Origin: Selaginella moellendorffii
Taxonomy: Eukaryota > Plantae > Lycopodiophyta
DNA length: 64,000 nucleotides
Assembly: GCF_000143415.4 (NCBI RefSeq)
Contig: NW_003314373.1
Location: 452,876-516,875 of the forward strand
Reading direction: 5' to 3'
Part shown: positions 24,202 through 36,476 of the stretch, piece after piece
Layout: each line of letters starts with the position of its first letter
Numbering within the stretch: the first letter of the stretch is position 1
Translations under genes and position numbers: made by a program
The notes under the pieces: generated by a model
Seen by the model: only the letters and a program-made list of their open reading frames with translations
Told to the model about the DNA's origin: nothing
Databases searched by the model: none

Positions 24202-26922
24202 GATATGGAGCACTTTTGAGGCAAGGTGTAGTATCTCGGTCATTTTGTGGATTATCTTTTTGATCGCATTGCACCATTGTGAGCATTACTGAAGTCATCT
24301 TTTATCTAGTTTACAGACTATGAGCAAACATTCATGGATCTCAAAAAGCTATTGACAACTCCTCTGGTTTTGGCATATCTTGACTACGCTCGACTTTTTA
24401 TTTTGCACGTGGATGCTTTTGATATTGATCTTGGAGGTGTGTTAATGAAAAAGAACCCAAGTGTGCCTAGTCAACACTATCCCATTGCATGTATAAGTTG
24501 TACATTACAACCAGCGAAGGCGAATTACTCCATGATAAAAAAAAGTAGTGTTTAGCAGTAGTCTAGGGTTTCGAGAAACTTCATGTATATTTACATTAGA
24601 TGTTATTAGAAAGTGATCATGCTACTGTTACTTCATTATTGAAGTAGAAGAACTTAGTTGGTCGTACTGCTTAATGGGGTTTGAAACTTCAGATATATAA
24701 TTTTGATGTTGTTCATCGCATAGGGAGTTCTATGGCTAATGCTGATGCCCTTTCTCGAGCTCATTTTCCTTCTTTACTCTCTTTTCATGTTTCTAATAAG
24801 CCTGGTGTTTTAGCATTTGTGGATTTTCTAGATGAGGATTCTATGCCGTTGGTGGTTACTGTATTTGACATTTAGTGTTCACAAAGTGCAAAGCAAGATT
24901 TACCTTCTCTTGATGAGGTTCGTGAGTGTAACGCATGTGATCATGGGATGAAATTTGGATATACTGTCACTATGGATCTTTGGAACCTTGGGGGATAAAT
25001 AGAGATAAAATAACCACTAAAGGTATATAGGACATCATCATATGACCGAGAAGTTGCACAAGTCTTTCTATTAGCCGAAGATGTGACATAATGTTATCTA
25101 GTATGTGCATAATTGCGTTTGGTGCCAAGCTCGTAATATTTTCTCTCATGTTGCAAAAGGATGGTTAGAGTTAATTGCAGTTTCCCGTTTGTTTGAGCTA
25201 GTGGTGTTTGATCTTATGGGACCTTTTTCACAATTGACCATTGGCAATGAATATGTTATTATTGCTTTTGAATACTTGACTCGTTGGGTTGAAGTTCATG
25301 TTCTTAAATAATGCCTCTGCAACTACTGTTGGATACTTCCTCCTCAATTAAGTGGTGTTTTAGCATTTTTGTCTAAAGCAGATTCTTTCGGATAATGGTC
25401 CCACATTTATGGCTGAGGCATTTCATGTTTTGACATTTCAATTGGGGATACGCCACACTTTCATGAGTGCTTATCATCCACAGTTATACAGTTTGGTGGA
25501 ATGACTCGTTTGGACATTCAAAAGAATGATCGCCAAGTATGTGAACTTTCAGCATTCGGATTGAGATGGTTATTTGCCACTCTATGGTATACATATGTCA
25601 CAAAGGTGTAGAGTTCTGTTAGTGTTTCATCATATAAACTCCTATATAGTCATGATCCAAGATTACCAATGAAGTTAGGTTTACTTTCGTGATTGCTATG
25701 AGCTACCAATACTAGATTGTGGAATTAGTATTTGACAAGCATTCTTCCACTTATCCAAGCAAAGTCTACCAAACACTTAGGCCATATATAAGTGGTATAG
25801 ATATAGCACTACAATTCCCATCATCGTCCACTTATGGAGTACAAAATGGATGACTTAGTATTAATTCATTTTCCCCATCTTACAATATGTAATTTATTTA
25901 AAGGGCTTCTTGCTTAGTGGAAAGGATCGTTTTGGGTGTTGCGGCAAGTTAAACTGCAAGTTTATGAGGTTTGGCATGACGTCTAGTAAGTTGATCCTTT
26001 AGAAATTGTGCATGTGCAACAATTGAAATGTTTTGTACAAAGTTAGATCTTGGCCCATTTACGAAGGAACCTTAATAATCTTCCATTATTCCAAAAGGAG
26101 GGGATAATATGAGGTCCAAGTGTATAACTATAATATTGTATATTAATATTAGTGTAATAGGGTTTTGGTAGTTGTCAAATTGGTTTCAATCTAGATTGCT
26201 CGCTTCAATATATAAACTAGATTTTTGGGCTAATTGATATAAACATTTTTTGCATTCTTTTTCTATACACATTGCATTATAGAAAAGTTTGGTTTGCTTA
26301 GTTTGTATTATAACAAATTATTTTCCTAGTTGAGCATATGGTATATGCACTCACAATATCTAATTTAAATATTATATTTATTTCCATTTAGTTATTGATT
26401 ACTTGATATTAGTGTTAAATTAAAAAATTAATATTTTTTAGTTTTAGAAAATCTAGGAAATTCTCTTTTAATGTAATTTATAGAGTTATTAAGTAATTTA
26501 TTGACTTTTTTGCATAAAACCCCTTTATTTCACTTATTTAATTTAATTATTTTGAATATATGAATATGAAAATAAAGCTATAGAAGCCTAATGCATAGGA
26601 TTTATATTCAATGAACATGAAAATAGAAGCTAAGTTAAATTTAATAAATATAAAATAATTTTGGAATTTGATATAATCTAATAATTTATGATTCTACTTT
26701 ATACATAAAGAATTTCAAGCTATTTTTGAATACATAATGTTTAATATACACAACTTTTGAGCTTTAAATTTCCATATAAAACTAGTAATATGAAATTTGT
26801 CATAATTAAATTCTAGAAGTAAAATCTGATCAAATTGTTAGCAAAAAAAATTAAATAATTACAACATTATTTTTAGTCATTTAGATAAATAATATTAATA
26901 GCTACATCATCCACAATGTTAC

Positions 26923-27012
26923 GAATTTAATAAATCAATTATTAAGTATCATTTTGAGTGATGTTAGCCAAGTGGGACACTAGAAGTGTTCAACTTGATT
27001 AACATCACTTAG
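26923..27012. repeat. ~90 bp dispersed repeat with a long imperfect palindrome; copies at ~36016-36096 and ~57233-57313
   Basis: Shared GAATTTAATAAA(T/C)CAATTATTAAGTATCATT...GTTAG(C/T)CAAGTGGGACACTA(G/C)AAGTGT(T/C)CAACTTGATTAACATCACTTAG. Confidence 0.8.
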
Positions 27013-27486
27013 TTGAAGAAAATTTTTTTATATTATTAAGTTTTCTTAAAATTATAATAAATTATAATATTGTGTTTGTGAGTGCATTTACTTGCGGACA
27101 TGGCATGCCACGTCACTGGTTGCGTGGTCCATTCGGCTAGTGCCACGTCACAATGTATGGGCTCGGTTTGGAAATTTCTCCCGCTTCCAGCGTCTACGCA
27201 TTGGCGCCGCCGCCGGCCAATCGGATCGTCGCCGCTTGCGCTCCCGGATCGCGCGCCGCCTGCTGGCGCTTCAGCCTTTGTTCGATCTCTAGGTATTCTT
27301 CTTGCTAGAGATCTAGGGTTGTAAAGGATGTTCTTATCGCGATCTTGCCACGGTTTTTTAATGCTGCACGCATTCATTGTTTTCTCCACCTTGGATTCAT
27401 TCCATTCTTGGAATTTTCGCTTTAATCAATGATCGCTTTCGTGTTATTTCTTCCACAGCTCTCACACCTCTCGATCGCGCTGGAAA

Positions 27487-29171
27487 ATGAAGAGCTGCGC
27501 GATCGGAAGCGCAAGCACCAGCAAAGAAACGAATCAAGCTCGGGAGTGTCCAGACCATCTGCTGGTGCTTGTACACGGAATTCTTTCGAGGTACTAGCCA
27601 CTTTCTTATGAATTCTACCGTGCTTGTTCTTATCACTTTTCTTTTTCTGTTCACCGCAGCCCAAGCGATTGGAAGTACTTCAAGCAAGAGTTGAAAGCTC
27701 GGCTTGGAAGCAAGTTCTATATTCATGGTAAAGTTTTAGTTTTCTTTTGTCCCTGAAGACCATCGTTTTCCAGCGAGCTCGGTAAATTCATACCTTCAAA
27801 CTCTGACTGGAATCGATATGGCCGGGAAGCGATTGGCCGATGAGGTCTGATTGTTTATCACTCACACCATCTCTCGGACATTAACTTCACATTGACGACG
27901 CAGGTCTCGGAGGTTGTCCAAAAACATCCTCAACTCCAAAGAATATCGTTTGTAGCGCATTCACTTGGGGGACTTTTCGCTCGCTATGCAATTGGGATTC
28001 TTTACTTGCCGTCGCAGCCTTCGAAGAAGTTGATGAACCCGTCAATCACAGGACTTGATCCGGTTAGTTTCATCACGCTCGCCACACCACATTTGGGTGT
28101 ACGAGGACGGCAACAGGTTCGTCGCCTTGAGCTTCGTTCTTTACTTTGTTTCTCAAACCTTGTGATTTTGCAGCTGCCATTTCTTATGGGTGTTCCTGTA
28201 TTGGAGAAGATTGCCGCTCCAATCGCTCCTTTTATTGTAGGTAGGACAGGACGTCAGCTTTTCTTAACTGATGGCAAGGCCAGTGATCCGCCTTTGCTCC
28301 TGCGAATGGCAACGGACTGTGAACAAGGACAATTTATGTGAGATATTGTCTACGTGCTGGAGCACGTCTGTCTGTCCTAACTTTTCCTCTTTTGCTTCTC
28401 TCAGATCTGCATTGAGAGCCTTCAAGCTACGAGCTGTTTATGCCAATGTCAGCTACGACCGTATCCTTTCGTCGTTCGTGACGGTGATATGACAATCAAA
28501 GCCTTGACAATGACGCTATAGACATGGTTGGCTGGCGTACCTCCTCCATTCGAAGGGAGTCGGAGCTCTCGAAGGTGATGCTAATCGGGTCAGTGGTTTT
28601 GAGCTTAAGAACTAATCTATAGACAAGCGTCAGGGCTCAAGGGCGCATCTACGACTTTAACTTGATGTTTTTCTTTTTTATCAGCCTCCTCGCAAATCGC
28701 TCGAAGGATACAAACACGTGGTGAACGTCAGGTATTGTCCAGCAATTCAGAGTGACGGGCCTTCTTTCGAGGACAACACCGCCGGAGCGAAAGAAGCGGC
28801 ACAGAAACAGCCGAGCAGCAAAGAAGCTAAGGAATACCACGACATACTTGAAGGTGATCCCGACTTCTCTGTCTTTTTTATCTACTGACTCTGTTTTGGT
28901 AATCGGAAAGAACAGAGGAGATGGTAAGAGGCTTGCAACAAGTCAGCTGGCAGAAGGTTGACGTGAGCTTCCATTCTGCGATATGGCCGTTTTTCGCGCA
29001 CAACAACATCCATGTAAGCAGCCAAGTCTGTGCGTAGTTTATGCCTTATGATGTGATCTTGGACAGGTTAAGCAGGAATGGTTGCATTACGAGGGAGCGG
29101 GCGTTGTTTCTCATGTGGCAGACACGCTAAAACAGCAAGAACACGGTGCGTTCCTGGAGGCGAATCTCTGA
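27487..29171 (+). CDS. DUF676 / ROG1-like putative lipase (alpha/beta hydrolase), multi-exon
   Basis: Spliced exons give PDHLLVLVHGILSS, RISFVAHSLGGLFARYAIG (nucleophile elbow), FITLATPHLGVRG, YANVSYDHMVGWRTSSIRRE, WPFFAHNNIH. ATG 27487, TGA 29169-71. Confidence 0.9.
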
Positions 29172-31313
29172 ATGAATTTGTGCGTTTCGAAAGCGGCTAC
29201 TTGTGAATGCGAGTGGCGATTGAGGTGAGGAGGCTTTGAATCTAACTTGTGGTTCTAACTTGTGGCTTGTGTAAGAGTGCAACAGGTCATGGTTACCTGA
29301 GCTACAAATATACAGGCAAGAAAAAGGCTATTCCATTTCAGGCGGGTGTGAAATTTTCATGGAATAGCAAAATGCTGGAAGGTGGAAGCGCCCACCAATG
29401 TTCTTGCAATTGTGATATCTGATACATCTGATACCAAATCTTTCGTTTTCATGTGATCAAAGGTCGTTTAAACAAAGAACAGGAACATGTGAGAACCAGG
29501 AGGATTGAATCTTTGGTACGTTTTCCAAAAACTACAAACCTGCAGTGATCTGTTGCCTATAGTTTGTATGATCCGGTTCTGAACTTCACTATCTTATCCT
29601 AATATTCCATGCTGTTTGTCACTTTTGGATTGCTGGAGAAAACTTGTAAAGAGGCTTGCTGTTGAATGCCACATGCATGGAAATTCAAGATCTAGAGACA
29701 GAATATTTAGGCCCATACATGCGTGACACAGAAAGTGTCGCTTTTTTATTAGAATGGAGGAGGGAGTTCAATGCAATTTGCGGTGGTTGACTGTGTCTAG
29801 CTTTTCTCTGAGGCCTCTTTCTTTGGCAACAACTCGCTTTGGCCTTGTGCTCTCCATTTGCTTTCATCAGGTTTCTTGCAAACATGTTCGGAGGAGACAG
29901 CAAAAAGGCTGTAGATTTCTCAGGCCGCCTTTTCTGTCTTCAAATGTCTCTCTAGTCTGTTTCGAAGGTGTTCCTTGAGTTCAAAGTTCCTGAAAACCAG
30001 CGGTGGTTGCATGGTAAGTTTGTGAAAAGACAAAAGCTGCTGCTTTTTTTTTTTTAGCGTTTGGTGCACAAAGCTGTGAGGCATTTTGCGCGTATAGCCC
30101 GTGTCTTTGCCGACGCTTGCGGTTTACTTCTTCTTGATTCTTTCGAACTCTACGTAGCTCTACGTATGTAAACGACGAAAGCGAATCGTTTTTCTCATCT
30201 TATGCATTACAGCCGTGAAGTTGAAGCTGTCATTCGAAATTCCGAGAAATCGTGGCCACAATCGCGGCGGTGAGCTTTGCTTCCGTCTCCAGCGCGTCTT
30301 TGACAAGTCTCATGTCTCATGTAAGATTGGTGATAACACCGAAAAACTCAAGACTTTTCTCAAGTTAGAGTCTCTAGGTTCTAAGAAAAACAATCCAAAG
30401 GGAGCGCCAGTATTTTGCTGCTGCTTCAATGCTGGTGGTGGAGTGGAGGGCATTAAAGCGAAGATTGTTGTTTCTTTCTTCCTTTAGTCTTTTTTCTCCT
30501 TTTTTACTTGGCAGTCAAAGAAAACTGGCCTAAGAAACGGATCTGGTGCGTGCATTCCATGTGAAGACTTTGGATCGACGCGTCACAGACTTGAGGCACC
30601 GCTGCAAAAATTTCCCACTTCCAAAACGCTGCAAAGAATTGGATCCGGTTATGAATCTTCCAAAGAAAAAAAAATCATCGTTCCGTACTTAACACTCAAA
30701 CGTACCAATGCCGTACAGTGCAAAGCTGTCGGTGCCGCGGTAACTTTCCACATTTTCTTTTCACTTTTCACCGCGGATGAAACGGCTGCTTAAATCAACG
30801 GGTAGAAACGTCCGAGACGCAACAACGTGGCAACGTCGCGCGCCACAGGGCCAGTGAGAAAAGCGCACCTGGCATGCACTGCCAGCAAAGACTAGTGCCA
30901 CGTTGGACGCTGGTTTTTTAGGGTGTTTAAGAAGCGAGAGGTGAGAGAGAGGAGACACGGCAAGAAGAAGAGAAAAAATTTCTCTTTCTTCCTTTCGTTA
31001 AGATCCTGGCAAGGAATCTGTAAGAAGAGGAAGCTCAGCTCGCAATCAATCGATTCCACCGACTGCATTTGTTTGGAATCTCGTGTTAGAATGCTGGCGC
31101 TCAACCGCGCATTCATGGATTTGGCAGCGAAGAGCTCCTCCGCGAGGAGAAAGCTCTTCTCTTTTTAGGGATCGATCGGTGGAAGGGCGAGGCCGCGATG
31201 GATCCGGGTAGAACAAGGAGAAGAGGAAGCTACATTGTTGTGTGGGTGTAGGATTGGAAGGATCGCGCGCATTGGAAGCACATTGAAAGGAGAGGAAGAA
31301 TCCAGGCGGAAGG

Positions 31314-32627
31314 ATGAGATCTATATCGCGCTCCTTCTCTTCTCCGCCGATTCTCTCGCCCACCAAGATCCGGCGCCTCCAGCGAACGTTCCACAACGTC
31401 AAGCTCATGGTCATGTGTGGCATGATCACGATCCTGGTGCTGCGAGGGACGATCGGCGCGGGCAAATTCGGGACGCCCGCCCAGGATTTGCGAGAGATCC
31501 GCGAGCATCTGCCGCGGCGCCACAAGGAGGCCGCGAGCAGAGTCCTGGCAGAGGCGCACGAATCGCGAAAGAAAGCCCCAGGCGATCGCGAGGAGAGGGA
31601 GGAGGAGGAGGAGAGAAGCGCAGGATCATCGCCCTACTCTCTGGGTCCCAAGATCTCCGACTGGAACGAGCAGCGATCCCAGTGGCTCCTCAAGAACAGG
31701 GCTGGCGGCGCCGCCGCCACTAGCAAGATCCTCCTCGTCACTGGCTCCCAGCCCAATCCCTGCGACAACCCAGTGGGCGATCACTACCTCCTCAAATCTC
31801 TCAAGAACAAGATCGACTACTGCCGGATCCACGGCATCGAGATCTTCTACAACATGGCGCACCTCGATTCCGAGATGGCGGGCTACTGGGCCAAGCTCCC
31901 ACTTCTCCGGAATCTCCTCCTCTCCCACCCGGACGTGGAGTGGCTATGGTGGATGGACAGCGACGCCATGTTCACGGACATGAGCTTCGCGATCCCGCTG
32001 GACAAGTACGCGAATCACAACATGATCCTCCACGGATGGGACGAGCTCGTCTACGCGAAGAAGAACTGGATCGGGCTCAACACCGGGAGCTTCCTCCTCC
32101 GCAATTGCCAGTGGTCGCTGGATCTTCTCGATGCGTGGGCGCCGATGGGACCAAAGGGAAAGATCCGCGAGGACGCCGGCAAGATCCTCACGCGCGAGCT
32201 CGTGGGGCGCCCGGAATTCGAAGCTGACGATCAGTCCGCGCTCGTCTACCTCCTAGCGACGCAGCGATCCAAGTGGGGCGATGGCGTGTTCTTGGAGAGC
32301 TCGTACTACCTCCATGGCTACTGGGCGATCCTGGTGGACAAGTACGAGGAGATGATCGCGAAGAATCATCCGGGGCTTGGGGACGATCGCTGGCCGCTGG
32401 TGACGCACTTCGTGGGGTGCAAGCCGTGCGGGAGCTATGGCGATTACCCGGTGGAGCAGTGCTTGCGGGAGATGGAGAGGGCGTTTAACTTCGGGGATAA
32501 TCAGATCTTGGGTGGCTATGGATTCCAGCACCGGCGGCTGGAGAGCGCGAGGGTGAAGAGGACGAGGAATGACACCGCCAGGCCCCTGGATGATCTACCA
32601 TCGATATCGCGAGTTTCTTCCTCCTAG
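31314..32627 (+). CDS. XXT: Glycosyltransferase family 34, xyloglucan 6-xylosyltransferase-like (type II membrane protein)
   Basis: 437-aa intronless ORF with N-terminal TM helix, LVTGSQPNPCDNPVGDHYLLKSLKNKIDYCR, WWMDSDAMFTD, FEADDQSA, THFVGCKPC. Confidence 0.93.
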   Translation: MRSISRSFSSPPILSPTKIRRLQRTFHNVKLMVMCGMITILVLRGTIGAGKFGTPAQDLREIREHLPRRHKEAASRVLAEAHESRKKAPGDREEREEEEERSAGSSPYSLGPKISDWNEQRSQWLLKNRAGGAAATSKILLVTGSQPNPCDNPVGDHYLLKSLKNKIDYCRIHGIEIFYNMAHLDSEMAGYWAKLPLLRNLLLSHPDVEWLWWMDSDAMFTDMSFAIPLDKYANHNMILHGWDELVYAKKNWIGLNTGSFLLRNCQWSLDLLDAWAPMGPKGKIREDAGKILTRELVGRPEFEADDQSALVYLLATQRSKWGDGVFLESSYYLHGYWAILVDKYEEMIAKNHPGLGDDRWPLVTHFVGCKPCGSYGDYPVEQCLREMERAFNFGDNQILGGYGFQHRRLESARVKRTRNDTARPLDDLPSISRVSSS

Positions 32628-32847
32628 CTATGAGGTTTTTTTTGTTTTTTCGAGTTCTTCCCAAAAGGTTGGAGCAACCCATTTGTCTTGTCGTGATGGA
32701 AGTTGATAGATTGTTTTGATGCTCGCTCGATCTATCGTATCGGATGATCATTGCCTTTACATAGTTTTTCTTATCTAGACATTGTAAGATAAAGGCCTGG
32801 TTTTGATGAAAAGTTTTTAAAGCGCTGATTTTAGGGTTCTTGAGCTA

Positions 32848-33750
32848 TGGAGCGATGGCGCTAGTGGCGATCCTGGACTTCTTCCGGGTATGGCGCATTG
32901 CGCGATTTTCTCTTTCGCGAGCTTGGAAATGTCAATGCAGGGACGTTTGTGGGAGGTTTTGGACACGCAATGGCTCCTGGCACTGAGGAATTTGTCAATG
33001 AAGGATCTTCTTCTCCTTCCATCGCATATGAGAGTCCCTTCGATCCTTTGTTTCTCGTGCATTGACGGTTGGGATGGAAGGCCTTAGGATTGCTGGCCCA
33101 AGACGCTCCAGGATTTGCTCGCTCTCTTTTTCTCGAGAGGTGAAGGAGAGCTCAAAGGTAATTCTTTTCGCAAAACCTTGTCATTGACAATGTTTCTTAG
33201 CTTCTCTCAGGTGGATCGCTTCCAAGTGTTATAACGCAGGGCGTGAACGCCAGGAAACCATGAGGTATGCATCTCCTTCGATCCATCGATCGTTTTTGAG
33301 AAGACTCGCGTTAGATTCTTTCCAGATTGAAGGACTTTCTTCGTTGGTAGTAAATGATACTAGCCATTCTTGTCAACCGTTTCAAAGCATCGTGCCACAC
33401 AAAACCGCAACCTTTCTCGGCGACGAGGACGTGTAGCTGGACGCATTCTTGTCGTCCATTAGAATTCGCGAGCAACGTAGCCATGGACAGCACTCGAACT
33501 GCATGCCTGTGGAGATCTCTCGGCGAACATGTTGAGGTGAGGAGCGTAAGTTCTTGAAACACTGGGGCAGGACCTCTGTAAATCGCCAGGACGTCACGGC
33601 GGTGATCTCTGTTTGGTGTTGCTACAATTTGTTATCCGAGAACGACGACGGTGCGAGCAAGTGTGGCTTCCCTTTGAGCAGAGGCATGAAGAGATTGAAC
33701 TTGCGTCTCGGTGGAGCTGGACGTGATCTTGTGATACAATCTCAATGCCG
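32848..33750 (+). pseudogene. Degenerate, internally deleted copy of the METTL25-like methyltransferase
   Basis: Retains VISVWCCYNLLSE...GFPLSRGMKRLNLRLGGAGRDL and other blocks of 59981-62020, with deletions and early stops. A shorter fragment lies at ~36120-36300. Confidence 0.8.
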
Positions 33751-34143
33751 TTATTTTGTTCCTTCGTTGGAAGTGGAATTTTTTAAAAATGCTTGGCCTT
33801 TTTTTATTCTTTTTCAGCTCCGAAGTCAAGAAGAAAACCTATTGCTCTTCCTATCTATATGATTGTGTGACTTCTCGTGGACTCGATGGTGTATCTGGGG
33901 AAGATTAAGGAGCTTCTACTTCCTGAAGTTTTATATTAGCAAAAATACCGCTCGGGATTTAGTGTTCCAAACCCAGTTTGAATATCTAAGTTTTATCGAG
34001 AGATTCTATACATCAATATAAACATTTTGGTTTAAAGAACCTTTTATTCATCTTTTGATTTGTTTTTGTCGAATCCTTAAAAATACTATAGGGATAAGAA
34101 CCTACTTACTTGCTATTTATTAATCACAAGAAAGAAGTCGAAA

Positions 34144-35904
34144 TCAAGCATACTGAATGGAAGCCCCCTTCAATGTGAAGGTACCCTGTCCCCTCGGCAC
34201 CAGCGTCACAACGAGCTTGTCCGCTGACTTTAGGCCCAGGATCTCGACATTAGCCTTGATAGAGAAGGTGGTGTTCACGGTCTCGGTGTGCTCACCGATC
34301 CCGAGCATGAAGTGGGGGACGTTGGAATAAGTGCCCACGTACTCGGCACAGCTGACGCGCGTGTTCTTGTTGGCCTCGGGCAGGTTGATGAACGCGTTGA
34401 AGCTGATGGGGGATTGCATGTTAATCTCCATGCCCTCCAGCACCAGGATCTCGTCACAAGCGCTGCCTTTGGGCTGATCCACCGTGATCGTCACCGGCTC
34501 CACCCCAACTTCCAAGGCCTTGGGGTTCTCAGCTGATGCTTTCACCAGCCGATACTCATACGACGATCCACTCCAGGGCGTCTGTTTCAGTGGCTTGGGC
34601 TCGTAGGCGGTCCAGCTCTTGTCGTCAGGCATCGCCTGGTACTTGTACTTGAGCATCTTCTCGCTGTTGAGGGAATCTTTCACCTTGACGCGAACGAGAT
34701 CTTGGTTCTCGTCAAAGAAGAGGAACTCGGTGTTGAGGTAGTCCGAGTCTGTGAAGTCCTTGTTTCCCAGAGACCTCCACACGTCCCACATCCGATCGAC
34801 GTTACCGTGGTGGCTGTAGAAGAGAGGGTCTCTACCGGCCGAGTAGAAGTTGCCCATGTCCTCGAAATTCGGCTGGTAGGGGCTGCCGCCAAATATGTGC
34901 ACAGCATTATGTGGCGCCCTCTCCACGCCCCCTGGGCCATTCTTGCTGCCGCTGCCTTTCCTGCAAGTATATATGGCTGCAAGTATATATGGAAGCGCAT
35001 GGGAATGGACGTACCTGATGGGGTGGCCAAAGAACGCGTCCGGCTGCTTCACCTTTGCGACGTTGTTGTACATGATTGAGAGGTTGTCCTCGCGGATCTG
35101 CTCGTCGCTCTTGTCATCAGAGCCGGGCGAGTAGATGAGGTCCACCCGTGTGGGCTCATAGTGACTCGTGTTGCGCTTTGCGTCGCAGAGGGCGGTCTCG
35201 CGGCGAAACATGTCTGGGATGTACCTCCCGCCTTCCTGGTCCCAGCTCCAGAATGGGAGAGCAAAACTAGGATCCCCGATCAGGCTCCCCAAGATCTTCT
35301 CGTGGAAGTAGAGATACCAGCGATGCCACGGCAGGAAGAGCCAGTTGAAGTGGATCTGGAGCGTCTGCTTTGGGGCGCCCTCCTGGCGGTAGCCATAGCT
35401 GCAGTAGGCGCAGTGGACGTTGGCCTGCTGACGTAAGCTGCGCGGGTCGTCCGGGGCGAGGGCGCGCATCTTGGCGTAGGCCTCGTTGTACTTGGCGATG
35501 TAGTCCTTGTCGACGAGGTGGGCGGCGGGGCGGACGCGCATCTGGCCTGAGTCGGGCTTGAAATCGATGGTGGCGCGCTTGGGCTTTGGGGGGCAGCACA
35601 CCCGGATGATGTCGTCGCCGACGCTGGGGAAGTGGCAGTGCTTGAACGAGGGCAGTCCTATCGGATCCGCCAGCGCGTGGCTGTCCACTGATGAGGCGAG
35701 AGACGCACCACCGGCAATGGCCCCGGCCAGGAGCTCGCGGCGATCGATCGAGGGCGTCACAGGGGAGGAGTTAGAGTTACACGCATTGGCTTCTTTCCTG
35801 GCGTTGGCGGCGATCTTGAGCGGACGCGTGCGGGACGGGCGCTGGAGCTCGAGGCGATCGATCGACAGTGCCACCATCCCAGACATGCTCGGTAGCGAAT
35901 ACAT
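34144..35904 (-). CDS. PPO: Polyphenol oxidase copy 1 (568 aa after removing intron 34961-35014)
   Basis: Transit peptide with twin-Arg DRRELL; CuA HCAYC / LQIHFNWLFLPWHRWYLYF; CuB HNAVH / DPLFYSHHGNVDRMW; C-terminal EYVGTY domain. The 54-nt GT-AG intron is shared with the paralogues. Confidence 0.95.
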   Translation of the reverse strand: MYSLPSMSGMVALSIDRLELQRPSRTRPLKIAANARKEANACNSNSSPVTPSIDRRELLAGAIAGGASLASSVDSHALADPIGLPSFKHCHFPSVGDDIIRVCCPPKPKRATIDFKPDSGQMRVRPAAHLVDKDYIAKYNEAYAKMRALAPDDPRSLRQQANVHCAYCSYGYRQEGAPKQTLQIHFNWLFLPWHRWYLYFHEKILGSLIGDPSFALPFWSWDQEGGRYIPDMFRRETALCDAKRNTSHYEPTRVDLIYSPGSDDKSDEQIREDNLSIMYNNVAKVKQPDAFFGHPIRYVHSHALPYILAAIYTCRKGSGSKNGPGGVERAPHNAVHIFGGSPYQPNFEDMGNFYSAGRDPLFYSHHGNVDRMWDVWRSLGNKDFTDSDYLNTEFLFFDENQDLVRVKVKDSLNSEKMLKYKYQAMPDDKSWTAYEPKPLKQTPWSGSSYEYRLVKASAENPKALEVGVEPVTITVDQPKGSACDEILVLEGMEINMQSPISFNAFINLPEANKNTRVSCAEYVGTYSNVPHFMLGIGEHTETVNTTFSIKANVEILGLKSADKLVVTLVPRGQGTFTLKGASIQYA

Positions 35905-36476
35905 TGTCAAAGGAGGCAGCTATACAACACATAGCAGTTGATACTGGCGTTTATAGGGGCGCTATTGCATGGCTCTCGTGTCTAATGTGAACACTTCCGG
36001 ATTTTTATGCTGATTGAATTTAATAAACCAATTATTAAGTATCATTGTTAGTCAAGTGGGACACTACAAGTGTCCAACTTGATTAACATCACTTAGTCAC
36101 TTAAAATGATATTTGATAATGGCTGCTGGCACTGAGGAATTTGTCAATGGAGGATTTCTTCTATCACATATGAGGGTCCCTTCGATCCTTTGTTTCTTGT
36201 GCATTGACGGTTGGGATGGAAGGCTTTAGGATTGCTGGCCCAAGACGCTCCAGAATTTGGAGATGCACGTTTTTCTCGAGAGCTGGAGGAGACCTCAAAG
36301 TCCAATATCTAAGTTTTATCGAGAGAATCTATAAATCAATATAAACATTTTGGTTCAAAGAACCTTTTGTTCATCTTTTGATTTGTTTTTGTGGAACCGT
36401 TAAAAATACTATAGGAACTTTCAGAAGAACCTACGCAGCAACTTGCTATTTATTAATCACAAGAAAGAAGTCGAAA

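Larger units (their letters stand above)
9872..26271 (+). mobile_element. Old, decayed Ty3/gypsy LTR retrotransposon hosting nested insertions
   Basis: Diverged AT-rich LTR pair (~9872-10066 and ~26108-26271; shared TTGTATATTAATATTA and TTTTTGGGCTAATTGATAT). PBS TGGTATCGGAG at 10071; PPT AAAAGGAGGGG at ~26094. Remnants in gypsy order: gag, CCHC knuckle CWACDEIGHTYWCC (~19904), protease LLVDTSS, RT FIDDVLIHS, RNase H FILHVDA, integrase VVFDLMGP / SDNGPTF. Many stops. Outer boundaries approximate; no TSD found. Confidence 0.85.

Noticed and set aside
26280-26920. Extremely AT-rich tract as a distinct element
   Set aside because: No termini, TSD or periodicity could be identified by eye.
34961-35014. 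18-aa insertion making PPO1 a single-exon 588-aa protein
   Set aside because: It is a stop-free 54-nt GT-AG intron; the homologous introns of PPO2 and PPO3 contain stops or shift the frame.
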